This document shows positions 24,917-36,651 of a stretch of 64,000 nt of DNA, piece by piece; positions within the stretch are counted from its first letter, which is position 1; every line of letters begins with the position of its first letter. The DNA lies in assembly GCA_950097015.1 (NCBI GenBank), contig CATNEN010000002.1, positions 6,262,001 through 6,326,000 of the forward strand. The letters are read 5' to 3'. The DNA is from Macrostomum hystrix (Eukaryota; Animalia; Platyhelminthes). The notes under the pieces were generated by a model. It ran no database searches. It was not told where the DNA came from and saw only the letters and a program-made list of their open reading frames with translations. A program made the position numbers and the translations under genes.

Positions 24917-25330
24917 TGAGGGTTGTGACATAAATTCGCTGACACTGCAGATATCAAAAAAACAAAACAAAGAACAGCTAATTGTCAAGATTGCACTTCT
25001 CAACATAGTCACCCCCAAGCTGCACACATTTGTGCCATCTCTCTGGCAGCTTGCTGATGCCCTGGGCGAAGAATTCGGTGGGGGTCCCTCGAACCCACTG
25101 GCTGATGGCCGAGCTGAGTGCAGAAAGGCTTCCATAGCGATGGCCACGAAGAGGCTCTTTCATTTTAGGGAACAACCAGTAGTCACTGGGGGCCAGGTCA
25201 GGAGAATGGTCAATCAATGGTGGCTGCGCAAAACTGCTCTAGCTGACTAAACCTAATAGCTCCGAAACCTGCGAGCTTCCTTAAAAATGAAACCCGATAT
25301 CCACATACTTTACCAGTCTCCATTGCATGG
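24917..25330 (-). mobile_element. mariner/Tc1 3' fragment (copies: 51580-~52000; truncated 13035-13148)
   Basis: SPDLAPSDY...GISKLPERWHKCVQLGGDYVEK is a mariner transposase C-terminus. The end TA|TGAGGGTTGTGACATAAATTCG looks like a terminal inverted repeat after a TA. Confidence 0.8.
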
Positions 25331-25352
25331 GTGTTCACTGTTCCCTTTGAGT

Positions 25353-25688
25353 TTATGTGAAACCCAGATACTTAGTGCTGAGCTCATCGGATCTATGGAT
25401 GAGAATAACATAGGACAGAGGGGCAGCCAATTGTCTCACCCCCGATAGAAATGCAATGCCCCTCTGTGGCGAACCCCTCTGAAACTGCAATTTGGCTCCA
25501 GAGTACATGCCCTTGTACATGCCCTTGTACATGCCCTTGTACATGACCATGATCATTTCGGGGGTCACACTAAGCCCATTAAGCCGTTCAAATAGTGTGG
25601 TGTGATCCACCATGTCAAAAGCACTTTTAAGATCGAAGAAGACCAGATAAAAGGGTTTCTTAAGCACTTTTTGCTGTCGATGTCGCAA
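25353..25688 (-). mobile_element. Degenerate LINE reverse-transcriptase fragment (copy 52012-52395)
   Basis: VFFDLKSAFDMVDH..LFERL motif; contains an internal 12-bp triplication (catgcccttgta). Confidence 0.6.
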
Positions 25689-25937
25689 ATATTATTTTAT
25701 TTAAGAAAGACCGCTTTTTCTAGCTCGTATTAATAGCTCCTAAATCAACATGACAGTTCGTGACGAGCTAATTCTCATTTAACAACAGCTGCTTACCACA
25801 AAAACAAAAGGAAATTAAATGCTCCCGAAAGAGCAATACTCGTAAATAGCCTGCAACGCACCTCTTCATACTCAAAGGCAACTGCCGAATTCTGAGCACA
25901 ATTTTCGTTCCAGCTGCTCAACTTTGTCTGCCTCTGT

Positions 25938-26606
25938 ATGGCCTGCTCTCCGTTGCTGCTGCTTCTCATCGTCGCTTCTGTCAGCTTAGGTATCATAGTT
26001 CACCTGTGCTCACTGTTCATATCCTCCTCACGAGTGTAGGTCAGTTCAATGCGACCGCAATGCTCATTTCAGACTGCAGCCAAGCCATCATCTGCTTCTC
26101 CCGCAATGGAACCTCCCTCATTGACAATGGGACGGCTGTGCCTTGTGTGCCTTGTGCCGATGAGGAAACTGCAGTGCTCTGTGTGCAATATTTGTAACCG
26201 CATGAGTTCTGTTGCAACGACAAAAGCTCCGTAGTAATCACTGAAGCTCTGTTGTAAGTTCAGACGCCAGGTAGCAATCGATTCAAAGCCATTTTTACTT
26301 AGGTTTGCCATAATAATACTTCGCTGCCATTTTCAGTTAAACTATGCGGGCTGTGCCAATAATAGCCAATGTCTGACAGCAGGTGCTCGTTGCTACCTGT
26401 GCGCCACTGACTACTGCAACTCCATGACGCCTCCATCCATCAGCTTTTAAAAAATATTTTTATGGTCTGAAGTAACCATGGTCAAGAATAGGATTCTTAG
26501 GCAGTCTTCCACGTGCGTATGGCATTTAGTGAACTGACAAAACGGCTACAATTCAAAACACAGGCTTCTGCTGGCTGCGGCCCGTGCAACGCTACGGCGA
26601 ATCCTT
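25938..26606 (+). pseudogene. Paralog B1: divergent, decayed/truncated relative of gene A
   Basis: Signal exon 25938-25989 (MACSPLLLLLIVASVSL, GT donor). The exon-2 homolog from 26073 (DCSQAIICFSRNGTSLIDNGTAVPC...) runs into a stop at 26197. The exon-3 homolog 26337-26450 (LNYAGCANNSQCLTAGARCYLCATDYCNSMTPPSISF*) ends in a stop. The exon-5-like start at 26564 (ASAGCGPCNATANP) fuses into the 47-bp array. Confidence 0.65.
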
Positions 26607-29029
26607 GGTCCATGCCAAGGTGTCACCCTGGCTCACAGGTGCTACAATGGGGTGGTCCACGCCAAGGTGTCATCCTGGCTCACAGGTGCTACAATGGGGT
26701 GGTCCATGCCAAGGTGTCACCCTGGCTCACAGGTGCTACAATGGGGTGGTCCATGCCAAGGTGTCATCCTGGCTCACAGGTGCTGCAGTGGGGTGGTCCA
26801 TGCCAGGGTGTCATCCTGGCTCACAGGTGCTGCAATGGGGTGGTCCATGCCAAGGTGTCATCCTGGCTCACAGGTGCTGCAATGGGGTGGTCCATGCCAA
26901 GGTGTCATCCTGGCTCACAGGTGCTGCAGTGGGGTGGTCCATGCCAGGGTGTCATCCTGGCTCACAGGTGCTGCAATGGGGTGGTCCATGCCAAGGTGTC
27001 ATCCTGGCTCACAGGTGCTACAATGGGGTGGTCCATGCCAAGGTGTCATCCTGGCTCACAGGTGCTGCAGTGGGGTGGTCCATGCCAGGGTGTCATCCTG
27101 GCTCACAGGTGCTACAGTGGGGTGGTCCAAGGCAGTCAATACTGTTCGCTTCAATTCAGCCCCATGTCCACGGCTAAAGAGGCTGAATTATATTCAATTT
27201 CGCTGGGCATTCGCCACAGAGTTTTTAGCTCAGTTGCCTTGACACTACTTTAAGCGGTGCAGCGTAAATATGCACGGAAAAGAAGTAAGAAATCAATCCA
27301 AAAAGTAAATAGTAGAGGTAAATAGAACATATTTCAGTAAAGAAATCCCTTTAAGTCCCTTAATCAAAAGAAGTCCCTTAAAGTTGTCAGTTAGTTGGCA
27401 AAGTGTCTGAAACACTCGCTGAAGGCCAGTGCTGGTTGTCATCAACAGGTGCTGGTTTAATATTTTGAAATAAAAATGCAGAAAGCACGATGTTGGCCTC
27501 ATTACGAGGATAAAAAACGAAATCAAAGTTATAGGAGAATGAGAAAGCGAGGAAAATAAAAAACGATTACACAATAATATACTTAATTTGCATTTTAGGT
27601 CGCGCCTACAGTGCATACTCGAACTGCAACACTGGTCTGAGGATTCAGTTGCAGTCTCTCTGTGTCATCTCTATTTTAAAACTCGCAGGTGTTTCTGCTG
27701 CGTCTCTATTGTCTTGCACCATTAAGCCCTCAATTGTGACATTCAAAAGTAGCTTTTCTATTTTTATCCTTGCCTTGCGTCTCTAAAATGCCTAAAAATC
27801 TAAAATTGAAAGTTATCAAAGTTGGCCAAGTTTCCTTTGAACATTCGCTGCAAGGACCACTATAGTAGTCAGTAGTCTACTTTAGTCCTTGATTCGCTAT
27901 AAGCCAGTGCAGGTTTTTTAGCTTATCATTATTAGCGTTAATGTCTCTCTCTGAGCATACTCACTGTGAGATTGTCAAGCCAAGGACCACTATATTACAA
28001 CCACTGGGTCATGATTCCATGAAGCACAGCAAGCTAGAAACGACAGGCTATTGAAACTTTCTGGAAAACAGTCGAGCCCTGCCAAGCCGATTGCAAGCCA
28101 CCATCCTCTTGCCGCGAACTTTTAACTGTAATTTATCCCACAGGTACACACTTTCAATTATCCCACAGGTACAGACTTTCAATTATCCCACAGGTACAGA
28201 CTTTCAATTATCCCACAGGTACACACTTTCATTTATCCCACAGGTACACACTTTCATTCATCCCACAGGTACACACTTTCATTTATCCCACAGGTACACA
28301 CTTTCATTCATCCCACAGGTACACACTTTCATTTATCCCACAGGTACAGACTTTCATTCAGCTCGCACCGGCGGGACACAGTGCCTGTGAGGTATGAGTC
28401 AGTCCAGGCCCACGGGCTTTGGTCTGCGATGCCTCACACCTGCAGCCGTTTTTTGAGCAGGCCTGGCAGGAAGGAGACCTGTACCTTCGGGTGCAGGAAT
28501 CCCTCCAACGCTGTCCCGTCAGCTGACCCATGGGTACACGTCCCGCGAGTGTTCAAGGCTGACCCTAGGGCAGCCGGACAGAATGGGCAACAGCGCTGGA
28601 TGACCCATCCAGGGCCTCCGGCCAAACTGGGTACCTCTAGCCCCGGCTGGAGGGAAAGGTGTCACCCTTTGACCTTAACAGGGTATGTGGCTTGTCCGCA
28701 ATTTTCGTGCACCTGTGCGTGATCAGGTACCTCTGGCTACGGCCCTGAGGGACAGGTGTCACCCTTTGACCTTAACAGGGTTTGCGGCCAGCCCGCAGGC
28801 CTCGGCGCCGGCTCAATGGCACCCTCCAATGTCCCAGTGTTGACCGTGCTGATGGACGCTTGGCCAGGGAGTAGTCTGGTCTCTTACGGTTCCTCCCGGT
28901 GGTCCTGGCATCCCACCCCGGGTTGTAACTTGTCTTTTTTGGCTGCCCCCGCTCAGTTTTGGGATCGCGGCTGAGCGGGTTATTCCTGCCTGTGTCTACA
29001 GGAAGCCCCTCTCTTCATTGCAGCTTTCA

Positions 29030-30577
29030 ATGGCTTCTAGCCCTTCAACTGCTCCGGCCGAGGACACCATGGTGCCTGAGGCCATACACGCTGCGGCGCC
29101 CGGGCTAGCTGGCCCCGCGACCGCCACAAATGCCGCGCTGCCCAACTCGCGCGATGACCGGGGCGCTAAGCGCTCCACCACCTCTGGAGCGGCAAAACGC
29201 CGTAGGCGCATGCTGGCCCACGGCACGTCGGCTCCATTGACCAAGGACCAGGCCCAGGCCAGAGGGGCCGAAGGGGCTCTGCCTAGGGCGGGGGCTGGGG
29301 CGGGGGGCCTTGTGCCTCCTGCCCAGGCTCCTGCACGGGGCGGAGCCCACGACGCCCCGAGGCCAGGGTCGCGGGCCAAGGAGGGCCCGGCGCCCATCCG
29401 GACGGCTGCCCGGCCCGAAGGAGAAGCGGAGGCGGAGGGCCCTGTGCCCACCGCCGACGCAGATCCCGAGGGTGGGGACGCCACCGGACAGGGCCCGGGA
29501 CCACAAGCTACCTACGCCGCCATCGCACGTAGGCAACCTGCCGTCATCATCACCGGCAGAGACGGGAAAAGGCTGAGCAGCGAACAGCTCAGCGACATTT
29601 GCCGCAACATAGATGCTATGTTGTGGCAACTTCAACTGAAGGGCGAGCCCCTGGCGGTCGGCGCAAGCGCTACCAGGGAATCGTGCTTCGTCGTCTGGCC
29701 CGGCGATGCGGAATCGGGGCGGCGGCTCCTCGAGTTGCTGCCCACGCAGAGCTGGGCGGCTGGCCTCGAGTTCCTACGGGAGAACGAGCCACCAAAGACC
29801 AAGCGACACCGTATCTTCGTCCCGGCGAAAAGTGTCGTCACCAGCGCTGAGGACCTCCGCAGGGGCCTCATCGCGATGAACCGGGAGCTGCCGACAGCGG
29901 GCCTGATCGTGCACCGCACGATCCTGCGCCCCGACGGCACCGGTTTCACCGCCATTCTGGGCCTGTCCGAGCAATGGACACGCCGCTACCCAGATGGCGC
30001 CAACATTTGCATTGGTCTGTGGAAGACCAAAATCTTCGCCTTCGAGGCGGATAAAACCCGAGGTCAGACCGGGCCCACCACCGTACCGGCCAATAAAGGG
30101 TCCTCGGACCCCAAGGCTGGGACTGGGGGCAGGGCCCAGTCGTCCCGCCAAAAAAGGCCAGAGCGTGCCATCGCTGGCGGCTCTGAGCGTCGCCCCGCGC
30201 GTGTCACAAAGCGCCGGGGCCTTCTCCAGCGGGCCTCCGAGGTGGTGCGAACCGCCAAGATGGCCCAGCTGCGCGCTGAGATGCGCGGTGGCCCACCGGG
30301 GCAGGCGCCGCAACCAAGGGCTACGGGGGAGGCCTCAGAGGTGCCCAGCTCCATCGAGCAGGGCCCTTCGAGCGCCCCTCCCACGGCCCAGGGAGCGGTG
30401 TCGGCTCCAGTTGAGGGCGACTCTGGGCCTGGGCTCGGGGCCGGGGGCGGGGACTGGGCGGCTGACGCCGTCGAGTTCCCGTCTCCGGCTCGGGGCCTGG
30501 GCACGGAGGAGCCCATGGCTACCGACATCGACCCGGAGGAGGAGGACCGCCTTCTGGCTGGGTCCCCCTCCAAGTAG
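29030..30577 (+). CDS. LINE ORF1 (gag-like, Pro/Ala/Gly-rich flanks, no CCHC knuckle seen)
   Basis: ORF 29018-30577 with first ATG at 29030; it ends 12 nt before ORF2. The central region (TYAAIARR...GLIVHRTILRPDG...ICIGLWK) is structured, possibly DUF4780-like (unverified). Confidence 0.75.
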   Translation: MASSPSTAPAEDTMVPEAIHAAAPGLAGPATATNAALPNSRDDRGAKRSTTSGAAKRRRRMLAHGTSAPLTKDQAQARGAEGALPRAGAGAGGLVPPAQAPARGGAHDAPRPGSRAKEGPAPIRTAARPEGEAEAEGPVPTADADPEGGDATGQGPGPQATYAAIARRQPAVIITGRDGKRLSSEQLSDICRNIDAMLWQLQLKGEPLAVGASATRESCFVVWPGDAESGRRLLELLPTQSWAAGLEFLRENEPPKTKRHRIFVPAKSVVTSAEDLRRGLIAMNRELPTAGLIVHRTILRPDGTGFTAILGLSEQWTRRYPDGANICIGLWKTKIFAFEADKTRGQTGPTTVPANKGSSDPKAGTGGRAQSSRQKRPERAIAGGSERRPARVTKRRGLLQRASEVVRTAKMAQLRAEMRGGPPGQAPQPRATGEASEVPSSIEQGPSSAPPTAQGAVSAPVEGDSGPGLGAGGGDWAADAVEFPSPARGLGTEEPMATDIDPEEEDRLLAGSPSK

Positions 30578-30589
30578 ACCTCTGCCTGC

Positions 30590-33500
30590 ATGATGATCCC
30601 CGGAATATCATGTCTGCAAGTTAACACCCAGCACTGCGTGGCAGCATCAGTCAATCTGATGCGCACGACAGAGCGCATGATGCCGGGCCTTGTACTTGTG
30701 CAGGAGCCCTGGCTATCAAAGAACAAGCCAAGCAACATTCCTGCTGGCTATGACTGCTTCTGCATGGCAGACTCTGTCCGCCCTAGATCACTGATCTATG
30801 CCGCAAAAGCCTTAAATGCGTGGATGAGACCCGATCTCTCTAACGGGGACATCTGCGTCATCCAATCTGCACACATTGTGCCTAACAAGTTGACCCTCGT
30901 GGCATCCGCCTACCTGGCAGGCGACGCCCCCGTGGTTAGCGATACCCTCGTCGCCCTCTGTGAATTCGCCAGGGCACGAAACTTCGAGCTGCTCCTCGCG
31001 GGAGATGTAAACTCGCATCACACCCACTGGGGTAGCTCAAAAATCAATGACCGCGGCGAAGAGCTCCTGGCCTTCGTCAGCGGCACGCCTCTAAACTTCT
31101 GCAATGTGGGCAACACGCCCACTTTCGACAATGGGCGGTGGGCTGAGGTGCTTGACGTCACCCTGGCCTCACCCGGCATCCTCCCAAGGGTGCTGGGGTG
31201 GGAGGTGTGGGAGACCGAAAGCTCGCTCTCGGACCACCGTTTCATCCGTTTCAACATCGGCACCCCCGATAAGAAGCAAAAGCCTATTTGGAGGCGTAAT
31301 GTCAGAAATACCGACTGGCCCGCGTTCAGCCAAAAGCTGCATGAGGGCCTTCGGGATTCTGACCCCTCCATGGCCATGGAAACCACGCAGGACCTGGATG
31401 GAGTGGCTGCCCTGCTGGGCGGCGCCATCACAGAGGCCTACGAAATGGCTTGCCCGCTCAAAGCCTACAAAGGCAAAAAATCGGCCCCCTGGTGGAACCC
31501 CGAGCTCGGAATCCTAAGACGCCGAGCTAAGGCTCTCCAGAGGAAGCTGAAAACCTCGCACGACCCTGATGACAAAGAGGCCTATACTCGCGCCATCCAT
31601 GAGTTTAAGGGCCGGGTCAGAAGGGCAAAAGCGGACAAGTGGCGACAATACTGCGAAGGGCTTGAGGGCTCGCGGCCCACGGCCCGCGTGGTAAAGGCGC
31701 TCACCAACGACCGCTTCTCCAAGCTCTCATCGATTAAAAAGCCGGACGGCTCGATCACTGAGCGCCCGGAGGAAACGCTCGAGCTTATGCTAGGGCATTT
31801 CTTCCCGAGTGTACCGGCGCACTTCGGCCCAGACGACCACTCGCGTGGAGGTCAGGGCCTGGCTCAGTCACTCGTTACGAATGACCGCATCGTTCGCGCG
31901 GCTAAGTCATTCAATCCTTTTAAAGCACCTGGGCCAGATGGTATATATCCGGCCTTTCTGCATGAAGCGGTTAAAAATGGCCGCTTCCTCCATCTCCTCT
32001 GCAGACTTCTACGGGCCTGCATCGTGCTGGGCTACGTACCAGCGCGGTGGCATGAAGCCCGGGTCGTCTTCATCCCGAAGCCCGCCAAAGGCGACTATCG
32101 CTCGGTCAAGTCTTATCGCCCGATAAGCTTGACTTCCACCTGCCTCAAGCTCATGGAAAGACTGGTGCTCTGGCGCCTTCTTACTGTAGAGCTAGGGCGG
32201 GCCCCGCTCTCACCAAACCAGCACGCCTTTCGGGCGGGCCGGTCCACGGAGAGCGCCCTCCACTGCATTGTGGAGACTCTCGAGAAGGCAGTGCTGGGCA
32301 GCGGTTTTGCCCTGGCTGTTTTCCTTGATATTGAGGGGGCCTTCGATAACGTTATTTTCGAAGCCTTTGAGAAGGCCCTGGTTTCCAGGGCCACTCACCC
32401 CCACCTCGTCCGTTGGGTCATGTACATGATCCGGAATCGCCACGTGGTGGCCCACCTCGAAGGCAGGGTGCTCTCGGCACCTGTCCTAAAAGGAGGGCCC
32501 CAAGGTGGCGTCCTCACCCCACTGCTGTGGAATCTCGTCATGGATGAGCTGCTAAAAAGCACTCGGCCTGACCCAGTCCTGAAGGTGGGATATGCCGACG
32601 ATGTGACCGCCATCTGCGCGGGCCCCTCGGCGGAAACCACCAGGGACCTCATTCAGGGCTTTATCAACAGGGCGGTGCGCTGGGCGGACCAATGCGGGCT
32701 CCGACTCTCTGAGTCCAAGACCGTTGCGGTTATGTTTACCAGCAGGCTGCGCTGGACCATTGAGCCACTGACTCTCTATGGCAAGAATATTGCCATGGAA
32801 AAGCAGGTCCGGTGCCTTGGTATCCTGCTAGACCATAGGCTTAACTGGACCCCGCACATTACCACAAAGGCCAAGAGGGCCCTGGCCATTCTGGCGCAAG
32901 TCAGGCGAGCCGTGGGCACCACCTGGGGGCTAACCCCCAAAAACCTTTGGTGGATTTACACGGCGATCATTAGACCGTCAGTCGCTTACGCTGGCCTCAT
33001 CTGGGCCAGTGCCATGAGCATCCAGAAAAACCTGGAGGCGCTTTATAGGGTGCAGGGCAGAGCCTGTCGCATGACGCTGGGCGCCCCACCCTCCACTCCC
33101 TTTGAAGGCATGAACGCTTTCCTCAACGCTACACCCATTGACATTTTTGTTAAGGGGGAAGCGGCAAAGTCCACCCGTCGTCTCCTTGATGCGGGTGTAT
33201 CCTTCCAGAATTCGCGAGCCTTCTCGAAGCGCTCCCTTCTGCCCCACTCTGACCTCTGCCTGAAAACTCTGGGCGAGTGCGGAGGGCTCACCATCCTTTC
33301 GGACGGGGCCCCGGCCACTTTACTCCGGAGCCACAGGTACAAAGTCAGCATCTTCCCTCGTAATGAGGTAAAGGACTGCTGGGATGACCCCGCAGTCCAC
33401 TGTTACACTGACGGCTCCCTGATGAACGGTAAATCGGGATTCGGGGTGTGCGTCGCCTCGGGTGGCGAGGTCCTCTGGACCCACTCCCAACACTGTGGCA

Positions 33501-34294
33501 AGAGCTCAAGCGTTTTCCAAAACGAAATGCTCGCCATCAGTTTCTGTGCGGCTGAGCTGCGCCAGAGGCAGCTGGCTGGTCGGAGGATCTTTTTTCACTC
33601 CGACAGTCAAGCAGCCCTCAAGGCCCTCAGTCGCTGCACCTCTCGCTCCAGAACCACCTTGGACTGCAACACCCAGTTAAACGGTTTGGCGCAGTCTAAC
33701 AAGGTGGAGCTGATGTGGATCCCTGGGCACGCCGGGCTCACAGGGAATGAGATGGCGGACGAGCTTGCAAAGGCTGGAGCAGCCAGCTCCCTGATGGGCC
33801 CGGGCCCGGAATCCCCGATCCCCGCCTCCGTTGTCAACTCCAGCATCAACCACTGGATGGAGACCCAGCACCGGAGGAGGTGGTCCAGCACCCTGAACTG
33901 TCGCCAGTCCAGGGCTGCGGTGCCAACCCCCTCTAGTAACCTGCGTAAGGCCTTACTCAGGCTAAACCGCAGAGACCTGAGAGCAGTCACCATGGCCCTT
34001 TCGGGACATGGCTGCTTCACCAGACACCGCTACCTCCAAGGCCACGTGCCTGAGGAAACGTGTCCTTTCTGCTGCTCCGGCCGTGAAAACGCCGAGCATT
34101 TCATTTGCCACTGCCCGGCCTTCACCCGGGCTAGGCTAAAACACCTCGGGCCGGCACCGACTCTTGCCGAAGCCTGCTCGCCCGAGAACATCCCTCAGCT
34201 CGCCCACTTCCTCCGGGATACCGGCCGAGCTGATTTCTTCCCAGCCTATGGCGAGGAAGATCGCGCGGCGGAACCGACCGACGGACCACCCTGA
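30590..34294 (+). CDS. LINE ORF2: AP endonuclease - reverse transcriptase - RNase H - C-terminal Cys/His knuckle (1234 aa)
   Basis: APE motifs QVNTQH, VQEPW, GDVNSHH, LDVTL, SDH. RT motifs [44 protein letters not shown]. RNase H motifs [34 protein letters not shown]-terminal CPFC...[10 protein letters not shown]. Confidence 0.95.
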   Translation: MMIPGISCLQVNTQHCVAASVNLMRTTERMMPGLVLVQEPWLSKNKPSNIPAGYDCFCMADSVRPRSLIYAAKALNAWMRPDLSNGDICVIQSAHIVPNKLTLVASAYLAGDAPVVSDTLVALCEFARARNFELLLAGDVNSHHTHWGSSKINDRGEELLAFVSGTPLNFCNVGNTPTFDNGRWAEVLDVTLASPGILPRVLGWEVWETESSLSDHRFIRFNIGTPDKKQKPIWRRNVRNTDWPAFSQKLHEGLRDSDPSMAMETTQDLDGVAALLGGAITEAYEMACPLKAYKGKKSAPWWNPELGILRRRAKALQRKLKTSHDPDDKEAYTRAIHEFKGRVRRAKADKWRQYCEGLEGSRPTARVVKALTNDRFSKLSSIKKPDGSITERPEETLELMLGHFFPSVPAHFGPDDHSRGGQGLAQSLVTNDRIVRAAKSFNPFKAPGPDGIYPAFLHEAVKNGRFLHLLCRLLRACIVLGYVPARWHEARVVFIPKPAKGDYRSVKSYRPISLTSTCLKLMERLVLWRLLTVELGRAPLSPNQHAFRAGRSTESALHCIVETLEKAVLGSGFALAVFLDIEGAFDNVIFEAFEKALVSRATHPHLVRWVMYMIRNRHVVAHLEGRVLSAPVLKGGPQGGVLTPLLWNLVMDELLKSTRPDPVLKVGYADDVTAICAGPSAETTRDLIQGFINRAVRWADQCGLRLSESKTVAVMFTSRLRWTIEPLTLYGKNIAMEKQVRCLGILLDHRLNWTPHITTKAKRALAILAQVRRAVGTTWGLTPKNLWWIYTAIIRPSVAYAGLIWASAMSIQKNLEALYRVQGRACRMTLGAPPSTPFEGMNAFLNATPIDIFVKGEAAKSTRRLLDAGVSFQNSRAFSKRSLLPHSDLCLKTLGECGGLTILSDGAPATLLRSHRYKVSIFPRNEVKDCWDDPAVHCYTDGSLMNGKSGFGVCVASGGEVLWTHSQHCGKSSSVFQNEMLAISFCAAELRQRQLAGRRIFFHSDSQAALKALSRCTSRSRTTLDCNTQLNGLAQSNKVELMWIPGHAGLTGNEMADELAKAGAASSLMGPGPESPIPASVVNSSINHWMETQHRRRWSSTLNCRQSRAAVPTPSSNLRKALLRLNRRDLRAVTMALSGHGCFTRHRYLQGHVPEETCPFCCSGRENAEHFICHCPAFTRARLKHLGPAPTLAEACSPENIPQLAHFLRDTGRADFFPAYGEEDRAAEPTDGPP

Positions 34295-36651
34295 GCGGCA
34301 CCGCCTCGCTGGAGGCCGTCTGGCTGCCAGGGGTTAGCGATATGGGCGGCAACAGCCGCCTCCTCGCTGCGTCCGTCATGGAGGCCCCCTGCCGCTAAGT
34401 CAAGTAAGTCAAAGACTTTCATTCATCCCACAGGTACAGACTTTCATTTATCCCACAGGTACAGACTTTCATTCATCCCACAGGTACAGACTTTCATTTA
34501 TCCCACAGGTACAGACTTTCATTTATCCCACAGGTACAGACTTTCATTTATCCCACAGGTACAGACTTTCATTTATCCCACAGGTACAGACTTTCATTCA
34601 TCCCACAGGTACAGACTTTCATTTATCCCACAGGTACAGACTTTCATTTATCCCACAACAGCTACAGACTTTCATTTATCCCACAGGTACAGACTTTCAT
34701 TTATCCCACAGGTACAGACTTTCATTTATCCCACAACAGCTACAGACTTTCATTTATTCCACAGGTACACACTTTCATTTATCCCACAGGTACAGACTTT
34801 TATTTATCCCACAGGTACAGACTTTCATTTATCCCACAGGTACAGACTTTCATTCATCCCACAGGTACAGACTTTCATTTATCCACAGGTACAGACTTTC
34901 ATTTATCCCACAGGTACACACTTTCATTTCTTCCACAGGTACACACTTTCATTCATCCCACAGGTACACACTTTCATTTCTTCCACAGGTACACACTTTC
35001 ATTTCTCCCACAGGTACACACTTTCATTTATCCCACAGGTACACACTTTCATTTCTTCCACAGGTACGCACTTTCATTCATCCCACAGGTACACACTTTC
35101 ATTTATCCCACAGGTACAGACTTTCATTCATCCCACAGGTACAGACTTTCATTTATCCCACAACAGCTACAGACTTTCATTTATTCCACAGGTACAGACT
35201 TTCATTTATCCCACAGGTACAGACTTTCATTTATCCCACAGGTACAGACTTTCATTTATTCCACAGGTACAGAGTTTCATTCATCCTACAGGTACAGACT
35301 TTCATTCATCCCACAGGTACAGACTTTCATTTATCCCACAGGTACAGACTTTCATTCATCCCACAGGTACAGACTTTCATTTATCCACAGGTACAGACTT
35401 TCATTTATCCCACAGGTACAGACTTTCATTCATCCCACAGGTACAGACTTTCATTTATCCCACAGGTACAGACTTTCATTTATCCCACAGGTACAGACTT
35501 TCATTTATCCAACAGGTACAGACTTTCATTTATCCCACAGGTACAGACTTTCATTTATCCCACAGGTACAGATTTTCATTTATCCCACAGGTACAGACTT
35601 TCATTTATCCCACAGGTACCGACTTTCATTCATCCCACAGGTACAGACTTTCATTTATCCCACATGTACAGCCTTTGATTTAGAACACAAAACACAAAAG
35701 CATGTCATAAATATCTGCTCACGAATATTTTTGGCATTTCGTGCACTTTGTCGAGTCTTGGGTCCGTTATAGAAGTGACGATGTGGTCTCAAAATATCTG
35801 GCCCAGCAAACCCTCAAAGCCCAGGTAAAAACGTCATTCGAGTCTTTAATAAGGCACCTCCAGAAATGCCACACTTGCGGCAGAAGCGGAAAATGCCTTG
35901 CCTTGCCCTGGAGAATTGAGCAGGATGGCTTTTGTGAGAACACGACCCCAGCCAGAGCACAAGCTGGCAGAGTGCTCAGGACTGACGCTTGCCAGTTGGA
36001 AACGACAAGGGTGGCTGGGGTGCTAGGTGGCTGGGGTGCAGAGGTTGCTGTCACTGCGCATTGTCTACCTTCACTCCGTGTCATCTCACAATGCTCACCT
36101 ACTTTCGGAGAAACAGCAAAGACTCATTGAGACAATGGCTATTTGAACTGTAGTGGGTTTCGACTGAGAATAACTGCTATTGAGCACTGCTTAGGAGTTT
36201 GAGCAGTCACAATAGAAGGGCCTGAGCCATTGTCTTTGCAGGCAGGCTCAGCTATGCGACTCAGAAGATCGCCGCAGGCCCCGCTCTGAAAATGACAATC
36301 GGCACAATGGCAATGAGTCTCAGCCAAAAACTCAAAGCCAGCAGTCACTGTCCAGCTCTCTCAAAATCTTGGCCTCATAAAATGTACTTTTGTTTCTTTC
36401 GGTTTGCATTTTCTGGTACGAAAGAATGATACTTCGTCAGGTCTATTTTTGCTCGCAATGACCGCTCTTGTGCCTGATTAAAGTGAAGGATTATTGCGAA
36501 TGGCGTCATTTTCACCTGGTTGCCAAGGAGACAGGATGCTGTGGCGCACAGCTCCTCGCGAGCATTTAAAGAGAGCCTCGAGCGGTGCTGTGAGATTTCT
36601 CAAGCCAGCTGCTCAACTATCCTCACTGACTGCTCCACAGCTCGAATCTGC

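Larger units (their letters stand above)
28361..34412 (+). mobile_element. Full-length non-LTR retrotransposon (APE-RT-RNase H; LOA/R1-like) inserted in the 25-bp satellite
   Basis: Two intact ORFs, a ~670-bp 5' UTR and a 3' tail taagtcaagtaagtcaa. The 13-bp target duplication AGACTTTCATTCA is at 28348-28360 and 34413-34425. It is absent from the homologous satellite in U1, U2 and U4. Confidence 0.92.
28131..35675. repeat. 25-bp intergenic minisatellite, unit 3, split by the LINE (28131-28360 and 34413-35675)
   Basis: About 9 units left and about 50 units right of the LINE. Confidence 0.95.

Noticed and set aside
28361-28450. HDV-like ribozyme at the LINE 5' end
   Set aside because: A stem is present, but I could not build a consistent nested double pseudoknot by eye because candidate pairings overlap; this needs an RNArobo or Infernal search.
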